NCBI RefSeq assembly: GCF_003334785.1
Contig: NZ_QOWV01000013.1
From: Escherichia coli
GTDB lineage: Bacteria > Pseudomonadota > Gammaproteobacteria > Enterobacterales > Enterobacteriaceae
Length of the DNA stretch: 64,000 bases
Strand: one strand, 5' to 3'
Shown: positions 46,335 to 58,822 of the stretch, piece by piece
Layout: the number at the start of each line of letters is the position of its first letter
How positions within the stretch are numbered: position 1 is the first letter of the stretch
Notes under the pieces: generated by a model
Told to the model about the DNA's origin: nothing
Database searches by the model: none
The model's input: only the letters and a program-made list of their open reading frames with translations
Position numbers and translations under genes: made by a program

Positions 46335-46416
46335 TATCTTTTTTACGGCGACACGGCCAAAATAATTGCAGATTTCGTTACCACGACGACCATGACCAAT
46401 CCAGGAGAGTTAAAGT

Positions 46417-47826
46417 ATGTCCGCTGAACACGTACTGACGATGCTGAACGAGCACGAAGTGAAGTTTGTTGATTTGCGCTTCACCGATACTAAAGGTAAA
46501 GAACAGCACGTCACTATCCCTGCTCATCAGGTGAATGCTGAATTCTTCGAAGAAGGCAAAATGTTTGACGGCTCCTCGATTGGCGGCTGGAAAGGCATTA
46601 ACGAGTCCGACATGGTGCTGATGCCAGACGCATCCACCGCAGTGATTGACCCGTTCTTCGCCGACTCCACCCTGATTATCCGTTGCGACATCCTTGAACC
46701 TGGCACCCTGCAAGGCTATGACCGTGACCCGCGCTCCATTGCGAAGCGCGCCGAAGATTACCTGCGTTCCACTGGCATTGCCGACACCGTACTGTTCGGG
46801 CCAGAACCTGAATTCTTCCTGTTCGATGACATCCGTTTCGGATCATCTATCTCCGGTTCCCACGTTGCTATCGACGATATCGAAGGCGCATGGAACTCCT
46901 CCACCCAATACGAAGGTGGTAACAAAGGTCACCGTCCGGCAGTGAAAGGCGGTTACTTCCCGGTTCCACCGGTAGACTCGGCTCAGGATATTCGTTCTGA
47001 AATGTGTCTGGTGATGGAACAGATGGGTCTGGTGGTTGAAGCCCATCACCACGAAGTAGCGACTGCTGGTCAGAACGAAGTGGCTACCCGCTTCAATACC
47101 ATGACCAAAAAAGCTGACGAAATTCAGATCTACAAATATGTTGTGCACAACGTAGCGCACCGCTTCGGTAAAACCGCGACCTTTATGCCAAAACCGATGT
47201 TCGGTGATAACGGCTCCGGTATGCACTGCCACATGTCTCTGTCTAAAAACGGCGTTAACCTGTTCGCAGGCGACAAATACGCAGGTCTGTCTGAGCAGGC
47301 GCTGTACTACATTGGCGGCGTAATCAAACACGCTAAAGCGATTAACGCCCTGGCAAACCCGACCACCAACTCTTATAAGCGTCTGGTCCCGGGCTATGAA
47401 GCACCGGTAATGCTGGCTTACTCTGCGCGTAACCGTTCTGCGTCTATCCGTATTCCGGTGGTTTCTTCTCCGAAAGCACGTCGTATCGAAGTACGTTTCC
47501 CGGATCCGGCAGCTAACCCGTACCTGTGCTTTGCTGCCCTGCTGATGGCCGGTCTTGATGGTATCAAGAACAAGATCCATCCGGGCGAAGCCATGGACAA
47601 AAACCTGTATGACCTGCCGCCAGAAGAAGCGAAAGAGATCCCACAGGTTGCAGGCTCTCTGGAAGAAGCACTGAACGAACTGGATCTGGACCGCGAGTTC
47701 CTGAAAGCCGGTGGCGTGTTCACTGACGAAGCAATTGATGCGTACATCGCTCTGCGTCGCGAAGAAGATGACCGCGTGCGTATGACTCCGCATCCGGTAG
47801 AGTTTGAGCTGTACTACAGCGTCTAA
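46417..47826 (+). CDS. glnA: Glutamine synthetase
   Basis: 469-aa [27 protein letters not shown]; adenylylation-site region NLYDLP present. Confidence 0.96.
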
Positions 47827-47895
47827 GTGTTTTAGTTGCCGTGGAAACTTTTCGCCTGTCTCTGGCAGGCCTGGGATCGGTGGCAAGCACATCAC

Positions 47896-47957
47896 GCCGG
47901 ATGCGACGCAAATGCGTCTTATCCGGCCTACACGGTGATGATGTGGTAGGCCGGAGC
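47896..47957. repeat. REP element downstream of glnA
   Basis: gccggatgcgacgcaaatgcgtcttatccggcctac plus partial unit gtaggccggagc. Confidence 0.8.
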
Positions 47958-47996
47958 AGGTGAGTCGCTCTCCAACGTGAAGTTTGTCAGCTATCT

Positions 47997-48026
47997 GTAG
48001 CCCATCTCTGCATGGGCTTTTTTCTC
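47997..48026 (+). terminator. glnA intrinsic terminator
   Basis: agcccat-ctctgc-atgggct hairpin followed by TTTTTTCT. Confidence 0.8.
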
Positions 48027-48111
48027 CGTCAATTCTCTGATGCTTCGCGCTTTTTATCCGTAAAAAGCTATAATGCACTAAAATGGTGCAACCTGTTCAG
48101 GAGACTGCTTT

Positions 48112-49161
48112 ATGGCAACAGGCACGCAGCCCGATGCTGGGCAGATCCTCAACTCGCTGATTAACAGTATTTTGTTAATCGATGACAACCTGGCGATCCA
48201 TTACGCCAACCCTGCCGCGCAACAACTGCTCGCCCAAAGCTCCCGCAAATTGTTTGGTACACCGTTACCGGAACTGTTGAGCTACTTCTCATTAAATATC
48301 GAGCTGATGCAAGAAAGTCTGGAGGCGGGGCAAGGTTTTACCGATAACGAAGTGACGCTGGTCATCGACGGGCGCTCGCATATCCTTTCTGTGACGGCCC
48401 AGCGTATGCCGGACGGCATGATCCTGCTGGAGATGGCTCCGATGGATAACCAGCGCCGCTTAAGTCAGGAACAGCTACAGCACGCCCAGCAGGTTGCTGC
48501 CCGTGATTTAGTGCGCGGCCTGGCACATGAGATTAAAAATCCGCTTGGCGGTTTACGTGGCGCGGCGCAGCTGCTCAGCAAAGCGTTACCTGACCCATCA
48601 CTACTCGAATATACCAAAGTGATTATCGAACAGGCGGACCGGCTGCGAAATCTGGTCGACCGTCTGTTGGGGCCGCAGCTGCCCGGTACGCGCGTTACCG
48701 AAAGTATTCACAAAGTGGCTGAACGCGTGGTAACGCTGGTGTCGATGGAACTGCCGGACAACGTGCGGTTGATTCGTGATTACGATCCCAGCCTACCGGA
48801 ACTGGCGCACGACCCGGATCAAATTGAACAGGTCTTGCTGAATATTGTGCGCAATGCGCTACAGGCGCTGGGGCCGGAAGGCGGTGAAATCATTCTGCGT
48901 ACCCGCACCGCGTTTCAACTGACCTTACACGGCGAGCGCTACCGGCTGGCGGCGCGGATTGATGTGGAAGATAACGGGCCGGGCATTCCGCCTCATTTGC
49001 AGGATACGCTGTTTTACCCGATGGTCAGCGGCCGCGAAGGTGGCACCGGGCTTGGCTTATCCATCGCTCGTAATTTGATTGATCAGCATTCAGGCAAAAT
49101 TGAATTTACCAGTTGGCCAGGGCATACCGAGTTCTCGGTTTACCTGCCTATCAGGAAATAA
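48112..49161 (+). CDS. glnL: Nitrogen regulation sensor kinase NtrB
   Basis: 349-aa ORF with PAS, HisKA ([11 protein letters not shown]) and HATPase ([13 protein letters not shown]) motifs. Confidence 0.95.
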
Positions 49162-49172
49162 AGGTGACGTTT

Positions 49173-50582
49173 ATGCAACGAGGGATAGTCTGGGTAGTCG
49201 ATGACGATAGTTCCATCCGTTGGGTGCTTGAACGTGCGCTCGCTGGGGCAGGTTTAACCTGTACGACGTTTGAGAACGGCGCAGAAGTGCTGGAGGCGCT
49301 GGCGAGCAAAACGCCGGATGTGCTGCTTTCAGATATCCGTATGCCGGGAATGGACGGGCTGGCGCTGCTCAAGCAGATTAAACAGCGCCATCCAATGCTT
49401 CCGGTCATCATTATGACCGCACATTCCGATCTGGATGCTGCCGTCAGCGCCTATCAACAAGGGGCGTTTGATTATCTGCCCAAACCGTTTGATATCGACG
49501 AAGCAGTGGCGCTGGTTGAGCGCGCTATCAGTCATTACCAGGAACAGCAGCAGCCGCGTAATGTTCAGCTTAACGGCCCAACGACCGATATCATCGGCGA
49601 AGCGCCAGCCATGCAGGACGTGTTCCGTATTATCGGTCGGCTTTCGCGTTCTTCTATTAGCGTGCTGATTAACGGCGAATCCGGCACCGGTAAAGAACTG
49701 GTCGCTCATGCCCTGCATCGCCACAGTCCGCGCGCCAAAGCGCCGTTTATCGCGCTGAATATGGCAGCTATCCCAAAAGATTTGATCGAATCAGAACTGT
49801 TTGGCCACGAGAAAGGCGCGTTTACTGGCGCGAATACCATTCGTCAGGGGCGTTTTGAACAGGCCGATGGCGGTACATTATTCCTCGACGAAATTGGTGA
49901 TATGCCGCTGGATGTGCAGACGCGTTTGCTGCGCGTGCTGGCAGACGGTCAGTTTTACCGCGTTGGCGGCTATGCGCCGGTGAAAGTGGATGTGCGGATT
50001 ATCGCTGCCACTCACCAGAATCTCGAACAGCGAGTGCAGGAAGGTAAGTTCCGTGAGGATCTGTTCCACCGCCTGAACGTTATCCGCGTTCATCTGCCGC
50101 CGCTGCGCGAACGTCGGGAAGATATTCCCCGTCTGGCGCGCCATTTTTTACAGGTTGCCGCGCGCGAACTGGGCGTAGAAGCGAAGTTACTGCATCCGGA
50201 AACCGAAGCTGCTCTGACGCGTCTGGCGTGGCCAGGCAACGTGCGCCAGCTGGAAAACACCTGCCGCTGGCTAACGGTGATGGCCGCCGGGCAGGAAGTG
50301 TTGATTCAGGATTTGCCCGGCGAACTGTTTGAATCAACGGTTGCGGAGAGTACTTCGCAAATGCAACCGGACAGCTGGGCGACGCTTCTTGCGCAGTGGG
50401 CAGACAGAGCGCTGCGTTCCGGTCATCAAAATCTGCTTTCCGAAGCGCAGCCAGAGCTGGAGCGGACGTTACTGACGACCGCGTTGCGACATACGCAGGG
50501 GCATAAACAGGAAGCGGCGCGGCTACTCGGCTGGGGCCGCAACACCCTGACGCGTAAGTTAAAAGAGCTGGGGATGGAGTGA
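49173..50582 (+). CDS. glnG: Sigma-54-dependent response regulator NtrC
   Basis: Track ORF 49113..50582; start at [21 protein letters not shown] (469 aa); receiver, AAA+ ([14 protein letters not shown]) and Fis-type HTH. Confidence 0.95.
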   Translation: MQRGIVWVVDDDSSIRWVLERALAGAGLTCTTFENGAEVLEALASKTPDVLLSDIRMPGMDGLALLKQIKQRHPMLPVIIMTAHSDLDAAVSAYQQGAFDYLPKPFDIDEAVALVERAISHYQEQQQPRNVQLNGPTTDIIGEAPAMQDVFRIIGRLSRSSISVLINGESGTGKELVAHALHRHSPRAKAPFIALNMAAIPKDLIESELFGHEKGAFTGANTIRQGRFEQADGGTLFLDEIGDMPLDVQTRLLRVLADGQFYRVGGYAPVKVDVRIIAATHQNLEQRVQEGKFREDLFHRLNVIRVHLPPLRERREDIPRLARHFLQVAARELGVEAKLLHPETEAALTRLAWPGNVRQLENTCRWLTVMAAGQEVLIQDLPGELFESTVAESTSQMQPDSWATLLAQWADRALRSGHQNLLSEAQPELERTLLTTALRHTQGHKQEAARLLGWGRNTLTRKLKELGME

Positions 50583-50693
50583 TTCACAGCTTGTGTGTAA
50601 AGATTGATTATTGAGCGCAAATTGCTGGTATTTTACGCTTTACTGTTCCGATAAGTTCAGTATGATCTTGCCCGGAAAACGGGGAGAGTCATT

Positions 50694-50804
50694 ATGCTGG
50701 AATCAATAATTAATCTGGTATCGAGTGGCGCAGTTGACAGCCACACACCGCAAACTGCCGTTGCTGCCGTGCTGTGTGCCGCAATGATTGGGCTGTTTAG
50801 CTGA
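50694..50804 (+). CDS. yshB: Small hydrophobic protein YshB (36 aa)
   Basis: ATG after SD ggggagagtc; encodes MLESIINLVSSGAVDSHTPQTAVAAVLCAAMIGLFS; below ORF-track cut-off; matches recalled YshB between glnG and hemN. Confidence 0.65.
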   Translation: MLESIINLVSSGAVDSHTPQTAVAAVLCAAMIGLFS

Positions 50805-50817
50805 AGCTCGTTGTTTA

Positions 50818-50922
50818 TGCCGGATGCGGAGAAAGTCGTAGGCCTGATAAGACGCGACCAGCGCCGCATCAGGCATCATGCTCAGATGCCTGATGCGGCG
50901 TAAACGCCTTATCCGGCCTACA
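50818..50922. repeat. REP/BIME elements between yshB and hemN
   Basis: gccggatgcgg...gtaggcctgataagacgcgaccagcgccgcatcaggca...gcctgatgcggcgtaaacgccttatccggcctac. Confidence 0.85.
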
Positions 50923-51032
50923 AAAGCAATAATTTCAACAGGTTTTGTTGCCCAGCGCATCAGGCAATCTTGTTCTCAGCACATTGATGGCGCTTTCGTT
51001 TTCTACTTTGTAAACGAAGCGCCATTCACTAT

Positions 51033-52406
51033 TTAAATCACCCGAGAGAACTGCTGCATCCGCGCTTTCTGGCGCAGATAGGTATCAAAGCACATGCAAA
51101 TGTTGCGGATCAGCAAGCGACCTTTCGCCGTCACCTGTATTCCCTTCTCATCCACATCCACCAGCCCATCTTTTGCTAACGGGGCGAGCAGCTTGAGATC
51201 TTCCGCAAAGTAATCAGCGAAGTGCAAATCCCACTGTTTCTCAATAGGGGCGTAATCCAGACGGAAGTTGCAGATGAGCGACTTAATCACATCGCGGCGA
51301 ATACAGTCATCACGCGTTAGCGCAATACCACGCCACAGCGCATTGCCTTGTTCATCCACTTGCTGATAGTACTGCTTCAACTCTTTCTGGTTCTGCGCGT
51401 AGCAGTCGCCAATCATGCTGATGGCGGAAACGCCCATCCCCAGCAGATCGGTATCGCCCTGAGTGGTGTAGCCCTGGAAGTTACGATGCAGCACGCCTTC
51501 ACGCTGGGCCACCGCCAGCTCGTCATCCGGACGGGCAAAGTGATCCATACCGATAAACTGATAGCCCGATTGCGTCAGGAAGGCGATGGTTTCCTGCAGG
51601 ATATCGAGTTTTTGCTGCGGACTCGGCAGGTCAGCATCTTTGATTTTGCGCTGAGCAGCAAAAATGGTCGGCAGATGCGCGTAGTTAAAGACACTCAGAC
51701 GATCGGGGTTCAGCTCCGCCACACGTTTCAGGGTAAAGGCGAAACTCTCCGGCGTCTGTTTCGGCAGGCCGTAAATCAGGTCGATGTTGGTGGAGGTAAA
51801 ACCAATCTCACGCGCATGGTTAAGCAGTGCAAAGATGAACTCTTCATCCTGCTCGCGGTTAACCAGACGTTGCACTTCTTTGTTGAAGTCCTGCACGCCC
51901 ATGCTCAGGCGATTAAAGCCTTCGGCGCGTAAATGATCGAGTACATCCAGTTCGATTTCCCGCGGATCGACTTCGATCGAAATCTCCGCATCGGCATTGA
52001 ACTGGAAGTTTTCGCGCAGCAGCTTCATCAGGCGGCTGATTTGCGCTTTATTCAGATACGTCGGCGTTCCGCCGCCCCAGTGCAATTGGCTGACGTGACG
52101 CCCGGCGAACAGCGGTGCACGATGGACGATTTCTTGCTCCAGCGCGTCCAGATACTGATCGGCCTTGTGCTGCTGGCGAGTAACAATCTTATTGCAACCG
52201 CAGAAGTAACAAAGCTTATGGCAGAACGGGATATGTACGTAGAGAGATAATGGACGCTCAGGATAGCGCGCCACGGCTTGTAAAAACGCCTGTTCGCCGA
52301 AGTCTTCTGAAAACTCCAGCGCGGTCGGGTACGAGGTGTATCGTGGCCCGGAATAGTTATATTTCTGGATCAGGGCCAGATCCCAGTCGATTTGCTGTAC
52401 AGACAT
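51033..52406 (-). CDS. hemN: Oxygen-independent coproporphyrinogen III dehydrogenase (radical SAM)
   Basis: Track ORF 51033..52412; start at MSVQQIDWDLALIQKY (457 aa); radical-SAM CxxxCxxC (CHKLCYFCGC). Confidence 0.93.
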   Translation of the reverse strand: MSVQQIDWDLALIQKYNYSGPRYTSYPTALEFSEDFGEQAFLQAVARYPERPLSLYVHIPFCHKLCYFCGCNKIVTRQQHKADQYLDALEQEIVHRAPLFAGRHVSQLHWGGGTPTYLNKAQISRLMKLLRENFQFNADAEISIEVDPREIELDVLDHLRAEGFNRLSMGVQDFNKEVQRLVNREQDEEFIFALLNHAREIGFTSTNIDLIYGLPKQTPESFAFTLKRVAELNPDRLSVFNYAHLPTIFAAQRKIKDADLPSPQQKLDILQETIAFLTQSGYQFIGMDHFARPDDELAVAQREGVLHRNFQGYTTQGDTDLLGMGVSAISMIGDCYAQNQKELKQYYQQVDEQGNALWRGIALTRDDCIRRDVIKSLICNFRLDYAPIEKQWDLHFADYFAEDLKLLAPLAKDGLVDVDEKGIQVTAKGRLLIRNICMCFDTYLRQKARMQQFSRVI

Positions 52407-52594
52407 GCTCACTCCTTCCGATGGCGTCTCTGGCGGCTACGGCGTACCGGCGGATGCCCGTTTCGGGTCATCAGCCGGTTGCGCAGCCACTTTTGTCGCC
52501 GCGACAACCGCTGTAGTTTAACGAATAACCACACCAGATAACATATAACCGGAAGGGTTATCAGCAGAACGGGAAGGCCCACGGCGGCAATCCG

Positions 52595-53104
52595 TTAGTT
52601 GCCCCGCAGCAGACGCATCATGTCTTCTTGCTTCTCGTCTTCTTCCTCTTCTTCGTCATCGTCATAAGAGAGGCCGAGTTTCTGCATCAACTCATCAATA
52701 CGATCCAGTTTAGCATCCACCCAGGATTGCTCTTCGGCACTCAGGGTTTCGCCTGCTTCCAGACGTTCCAGCAGCGCATCCAGACGCTCATCCGTTTCCA
52801 GTAATTCCAACTCCGCCTGCGGTGAAAGCATAGGTTTCTCACTCTTCGGTTTGTGCTGTTTGGTGACTTTTTCAGTCACGCCCAATGGAATAGGGGTTTT
52901 ACTGCCAATACGTGGATCTTTTGGTGCGTTCTGGCCTTTGCTGCCTGACGTGGTGTTTCCGCCCGCTGCGCGGCTGCCCGGCGCATGACCACGACGTTTT
53001 TTCTGACGCTTGCGATCACGAGCTTCCTGATCCAGCTCCTCGCGTGTTTTTCGACGCGCTTTTGCATGACCTTTGCTGCGTGAGTTTGAAGATGATGGTT
53101 TCAT
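52595..53104 (-). CDS. yihI: Der GTPase-activating protein YihI
   Basis: Track ORF 52595..53167; start at [19 protein letters not shown] (169 aa); basic N-terminus, acidic C-terminus. Confidence 0.88.
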   Translation of the reverse strand: MKPSSSNSRSKGHAKARRKTREELDQEARDRKRQKKRRGHAPGSRAAGGNTTSGSKGQNAPKDPRIGSKTPIPLGVTEKVTKQHKPKSEKPMLSPQAELELLETDERLDALLERLEAGETLSAEEQSWVDAKLDRIDELMQKLGLSYDDDEEEEEDEKQEDMMRLLRGN

Positions 53105-53170
53105 AATGGTTCGTCTTTTAGCCGTTTTATTCAGTATAGATTTGCGGCGGAATCTAACAGAAAGCAAGCA

Positions 53171-53415
53171 AAGAAAAAAGGCGACAGATTACTCTGTCGC
53201 CTTTTTTCCTGACTCATAACCCTTAACGGGTCTTACAATCCTTGCAGGCCGCCAACACACCCTGTTTTTCCTTTAGCCGGAACAATCCGTGTTGATTCCA
53301 TTTCCGTTTAATTACGTCTCCGGACGTTTGTCTTCCTGACAATCCTCTGTCTTCGCCTCCTGGCGCTCCTGACCCTCATCCTGAGTCATTGTTCCTGTTA
53401 GCGTCCTCGCTCTAT
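53171..53415 (-). ncRNA. csrC: CsrA-sequestering small RNA CsrC
   Basis: Minus strand matches recalled CsrC (atagagcgaggacgctaacaggaacaatgactcaggatgagggtcaggagcgccaggagg...), many GGA motifs, ends in hairpin ggcgacagagtaatctgtcgcc plus T-run. Confidence 0.85.
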
Positions 53416-53685
53416 GGGTGCTACTTTACGCCTTTGCTTTAAACAAACAATCAACCGCCATCAGTATTTGCACATTTTCAGAGTTTTATATAAAAGCAAT
53501 TCACTGATTTATATAGCTTATTTGACATGCATCGCAGAATTTTCTCTGCTATTTCGCATAAAGACTATCGGCAATGTCTCACAAAGCGTATGGCTTTTAC
53601 TTACAACGCTCACGCCGAAAAATCCGCCTTTTATTATGGTTCAGGTATAATCGCCACAAAGCTTTGACTGACGGAGACGACCGCT

Positions 53686-54318
53686 TTGACTAATTTGAAT
53701 TATCAACAGACGCATTTTGTGATGAGTGCGCCTGATATTCGCCACCTACCTTCCGATACCGGAATTGAAGTGGCTTTTGCAGGCCGTTCCAACGCAGGTA
53801 AATCCAGCGCGCTGAACACGCTGACTAACCAGAAAAGCCTGGCTCGTACCTCAAAAACCCCAGGGCGCACCCAGCTTATCAACCTGTTTGAAGTGGCTGA
53901 CGGCAAGCGTCTGGTTGACTTGCCTGGGTACGGTTATGCGGAAGTCCCGGAAGAGATGAAGCGCAAATGGCAGCGTGCGCTCGGCGAATACCTCGAAAAA
54001 CGTCAGAGCCTGCAAGGTCTGGTGGTGCTAATGGATATTCGCCATCCGCTGAAAGATTTGGATCAGCAGATGATTGAGTGGGCGGTAGACAGCAATATCG
54101 CCGTTCTGGTGCTGCTGACCAAAGCGGACAAACTGGCAAGCGGCGCACGTAAAGCGCAATTGAATATGGTGCGTGAAGCTGTACTGGCGTTTAACGGTGA
54201 TGTGCAGGTTGAAACGTTTTCTTCGTTGAAGAAACAAGGCGTGGACAAGCTGCGGCAGAAACTGGATACCTGGTTTAGCGAGATGCAGCCTGTAGAAGAA
54301 ACGCAGGACGGCGAATAA
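53686..54318 (+). CDS. engB: Ribosome biogenesis GTPase EngB/YihA
   Basis: 210-aa ORF from a TTG start; G-motifs ([20 protein letters not shown]). Confidence 0.92.
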
Positions 54319-54329
54319 TTTTCTTGCCT

Positions 54330-54425
54330 TAATGCTTGTGCCGGATGTGGCGTATCCGGCCCGTAAATTCAATAGATTACAATTCTACCGTTGGCCTGAT
54401 AAACATAGCGCATCAGGCATTACGG
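54330..54425. repeat. REP-like palindromic units between engB and spf
   Basis: gccggatgtggcgtatccggc and gcctgataaacatagcgcatcaggca. Confidence 0.7.
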
Positions 54426-54443
54426 ATCTTTTCTTTCGCCCAA

Positions 54444-54552
54444 TAAAAAACGCCCCAGTCATTACTGACTGGGGCGGCTAAAATATTCAGCCAAATCCGA
54501 TTACGTGAAGTAAAAGGTCTGAAAGATAGAACATCTTACCTCTGTACCCTAC
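54444..54552 (-). ncRNA. spf: Spot 42 small RNA
   Basis: Minus strand matches recalled Spot 42 (gtagggtacagaggtaagatgttctatctttcagacc...cccagtcagtaatgactggggcgttttttattg), ending in intrinsic terminator. Confidence 0.9.
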
Positions 54553-54698
54553 GCGACTAACTTTACTCTTTTTTGTTCAGTTCAGAAAGCACTTTTTGTA
54601 ATTTTTTTTCAGTTGTTGCATAGGAATTTCTAATAGCCATCACAAAACGTGACAGCTTATGTTGCTTACTTACGAAAAAAGGCATGTTCAGGCGAATC

Positions 54699-57485
54699 TT
54701 AGTGCGCCTGATCCCAGTTTTCGCCACTCCCCACTTCCACCAGCAACGGCACATCCAGACGGGTACAGTTTTCCATCAGTTGATGAATCTGCTTCGCGAC
54801 GGCATCAACATCATCTTTATGAACTTCAAATACCAGTTCATCGTGTACCTGCATGATCATACGTACACGCGGTTGCTCAGCCTGTAACCACGCATCAACG
54901 GCAATCATCGCCCGTTTGATAATGTCGGCGGCGGTTCCCTGCATTGGCGCGTTAATGGCTGCACGTTCAGCCGCTGCACGACGAGCACCATTGCTGGATT
55001 TGATATCCGGCAGATACAGACGGCGTCCGTCCAGCGTTTCAACGTAGCCCTGCTCTTTCGCCTGAGCACGGGTGCGTTCCATATACTCCAGCACGCCAGG
55101 GTAGCGTTCGAAGTAAAGGTCCATGTACTTCTGCGCTTCTTTACGTGGAATGTTCAATTGCCGCGCCAGACCGAAAGCACTCATGCCATAAATCAGACCA
55201 AAGTTGATCGCTTTCGCGCTACGGCGTTGCTCGCTGGTGACGGTTTCCAGTGGCAAACCAAACACTTCTGCCGCCGTTGCCCGGTGGATATCTTTTCCTT
55301 CCGCGAATGCGGTCAGCAAGCCTTTGTCACGCGAAAGATGCGCCATAATGCGCAGTTCAATCTGCGAGTAGTCCGCTGAGACAATCACATAATCCTCTGG
55401 CGCAATAAACGCCTGGCGGATACGACGACCTTCTTCGTTACGCACCGGAATGTTTTGCAGGTTAGGATCGGTTGACGATAAACGTCCCGTTGCAGTTACT
55501 GCCTGGTGATAAGAGGTATGCACACGCCCGGTTTTCGGGTTGATCATCAGCGGCAGCTTGTCGGTGTAGGTCGATTTCAGCTTCGCCAGACCACGATACT
55601 CCAGAATCACTTTTGGCAACGGATAGTCCAGCGCCAGTTCTTCCAGTACCTCTTCCGACGTTGACGGCGCGCCACCCGGCGTTTTCTTCAGCGGTTTAAT
55701 GCCCTGTTTTTCAAAGAGAATGGTTTGTAACTGCTTGGTGGAAGAAAGGTTAAATTCCTCACCTGCAATTTCATGCGCTTTCTTTTCCAGCTCAGCCAGA
55801 CGAAGGGTGAGCTCTTCAGAATGATTGTGCAGCACTTTCGGATCGATCTTCACACCGTTACGTTCAATGCGTGAAAGCACCGGCACCAGCGGCATTTCGA
55901 TATTCTCGAAGACGTTCAACGGCCCTTTGTGTTTTTGCAGATCCGGCCACATTTTCAGATGCAACTGCAAGGTGACATCTGCATCTTCGGCGGCGTAACG
56001 TCCGGCTTCTTCGAGGGCAATCTGGTTAAAGGTCAGTTGATTTTTGCCTTTACCAGCAATCTCTTCAAAAGTGATGGTTTTGTGCTTCAACCAACGTTCC
56101 GCGAGGCTGTCCATATCGTGACGCCCGGCAACGCTATTGAGAATGTAGGACTCCAGCATGGTATCAAACGCAATCCCACGCAGTTCAATGCCGTAGTTCG
56201 CCAGAATACCGCGATCGTATTTCAGGTTTTGCCCGACCTTCAGCGCCTTTTCATCTTCCAGCAGCGGTTTTAGCAACTCGAGTGCACGCTCGCGAGAGAT
56301 TTGATCGGGCGCATCAAGATAATCATGAGCAACCGGAATATATGCCGCTACGCCTGGCTCGATAGCAAAAGAAAGCCCGACCAGGTTAGCAGAGATGTTA
56401 TCAAGGCTGTCGGTTTCGGTATCAAATGCAAATACCGGCGCTTTTTCCAGCTTCGCAATCCACGCTTTCAGTGTTTCTTCATCAAGGATGGTGACGTAGT
56501 TGTCATAAGAAATCACCGTTGCCGTCACTTCTGGTGCTTCGTCTGCAACACTGGTTTCCTGTGGCTTCGCGGCTGGTTTTGCCCCTTTGGCCTGTAACCA
56601 TTTGCCCGCTTCGACATCAGCAGTCCAGCGTTTGAACTCATACTTTTTGAACAGCCCCAACAACTCTTCCGCTGCCGGTTGCTGCACTTCCAGTTGTTCA
56701 CAGGTCAGCTCCAGTTCAACGTCGGTTTTAATCGTCGCCAGCTGGTATGAGAGATAAGCAACTTCTTTGTTTTGCTCGAGCTTCGCTGCCATTGTTTTCG
56801 CGCCACGGAAGCTCAACCCAGCAATTTTTTCTGGCTCGGCATACAGCGTATCCAGTCCGCCAAGACCTTGCAGCAATGCCTGCGCGGTTTTTTCACCGAC
56901 GCCCGGTACGCCAGGAATGTTATCAGAGGAGTCACCCATCAGCGCCAGGAAATCGATGATCAGTTCTGGCGGCACGCCGTACTTATTCACCACCTCTTCC
57001 GGTCCGAGGATGGTATTCGTCATGGTATTGATAAGCGTAATATTTGGCGTCACCAGCTGCGCCATATCTTTATCGCCAGTGCTGATCAGCACCGGACGCC
57101 CGGCTTTTTCGGCTTCGCGCGCCAGAGTACCGATAACGTCGTCCGCTTCTACGCCAGAAACCGCCAGCAGCGGCAGTCCCATCGCTTTAACCATCGCGTG
57201 CAAGGGTTCGATTTGTGCACGCAGATCGTCCGGCATTGGCGGGCGATGTGATTTGTAATGTTCAAACAGTTCATCACGAAAGGTTTTTCCCTTGGCGTCA
57301 AAGACCACCGCTGCATGCGTCGGTTTATATTGCATGATCAGACTGCGCAGCATGTTGAGGACACCATACATCGCACCGGTCGGCTCGCCTGCGCTGTTAG
57401 TCAGCGGGGGAAACGCGTGATATGCGCGATAAAGATAAGATGAACCATCTACAAGGATAAGTGGATTTTGGGGGATCTGAACCAT
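54699..57485 (-). CDS. polA: DNA polymerase I
   Basis: 928-aa [28 protein letters not shown]...; Pol A family motifs. Confidence 0.97.
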
Positions 57486-57848
57486 AATGTCCGTGCCTGT
57501 TTATCAGATTATGGGTAAAGGATGCCACAGACAGGATGAAAACATGAGTTTTTCACCGCTTTTCGTGAAAATCTTTTGTAGATCTTCTGGATCGCTCGCA
57601 AATCGTCATGTGGATAACTTTGTGCATAAATTATTTACATCGCTTTTAATTTATTATCATGCTTTTTACAGCATGATGTTTGTCTTTGTTTTTCATGCAG
57701 TTAAAAATAAATCCATCCCTAATAATTGAGATAATGGGATTTTTTCTAATGTGGATAGATATGAATTATTTTTCTCCTTAAGGATCATCCGTTATTTGGG
57801 TCGTTTTCTGCTAAAATCTGCGCCTTGCGCTTCTTTAGCGCACTGTCT

Positions 57849-58781
57849 ATGGCTAACCTTTTGAATAAATTCATTATGACGAGAATACTCGCTGCGATAA
57901 CCCTTTTGCTGAGTATCGTATTGACCATTTTGGTCACTATTTTTTGTTCCGTCCCGATCATCATTGCCGGGATTGTAAAACTATTGCTACCTGTGCCAGT
58001 CATTTGGCGAAAGGTTTCGCGTTTTTGTGATTTTATGATGTATTGCTGGTGTGAAGGTCTGGCGGTATTACTGCATCTGAACCCACACCTTCAATGGGAA
58101 GTTCACGGGCTGGAAGGGTTAAGTAAGAAGAACTGGTATCTGCTTATTTGTAACCACCGTAGTTGGGCAGATATTGTCGTACTGTGCGTGCTGTTTCGTA
58201 AGCACATTCCGATGAATAAATATTTCCTCAAGCAACAGCTGGCCTGGGTGCCATTTCTTGGCCTGGCGTGCTGGTCGCTGGATATGCCGTTTATGAAGCG
58301 TTATTCCCGCGCTTATTTATTACGTCATCCGGAGCGACGTGGTAAAGATGTTGAAACCACTCGGCGTTCTTGTGAAAAGTTTCGCCTGCATCCCACCACC
58401 ATTGTCAATTTCGTTGAAGGCTCCCGTTTCACGCAAGAAAAACATCAGCAAACCCACTCCACTTTTCAAAACTTGTTGCCACCAAAGGCGGCAGGCATTG
58501 CGATGGCGCTAAATGTACTGGGTAAACAATTCGATAAACTGCTTAATGTTACGCTGTGTTATCCGGACAATAACCGTCAGCCGTTCTTCGATATGTTAAG
58601 CGGTAAACTGACGCGGATTGTCGTACATGTGGATTTACAGCCTATTGCCGATGAGTTACATGGCGACTACATCAATGACAAAAGCTTTAAGCGCCATTTT
58701 CAGCAATGGCTGAACTCATTGTGGCAGGAAAAAGACCGGCTTCTGACGTCTCTCATGTCATCACAGCGTCAGAATAAGTAA
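57849..58781 (+). CDS. yihG: Acyltransferase YihG (PlsC-like)
   Basis: Track ORF 57825..58781; start at [14 protein letters not shown] (310 aa); acyltransferase HxxxxD-like motif (NHRSWAD). Confidence 0.85.
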
Positions 58782-58785
58782 GTTT

Positions 58786-58822
58786 TACTCGCCTCTGAAT
58801 GAGCAGAGGCGAGTGAGTATTT
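58786..58822. terminator. Bidirectional hairpin between convergent yihG and yihF
   Basis: actcgcctctg-aatgag-cagaggcgagt then T-rich tract; overlaps the yihF stop. Confidence 0.6.

Noticed and set aside
46843-48078. 411-aa ORF on the minus strand, antisense to glnA
   Set aside because: Antisense to glutamine synthetase and runs across the glnA terminator and REP; no translation signals.
54563-54754. 63-aa ORF between spf and polA
   Set aside because: Overlaps the polA 3' end and the Spot 42 promoter region; no ribosome-binding site; most likely a chance frame.
57487-57729. 80-aa ORF in the polA/yihG divergent promoter region
   Set aside because: AT-rich intergenic DNA between two divergent promoters; no Shine-Dalgarno.
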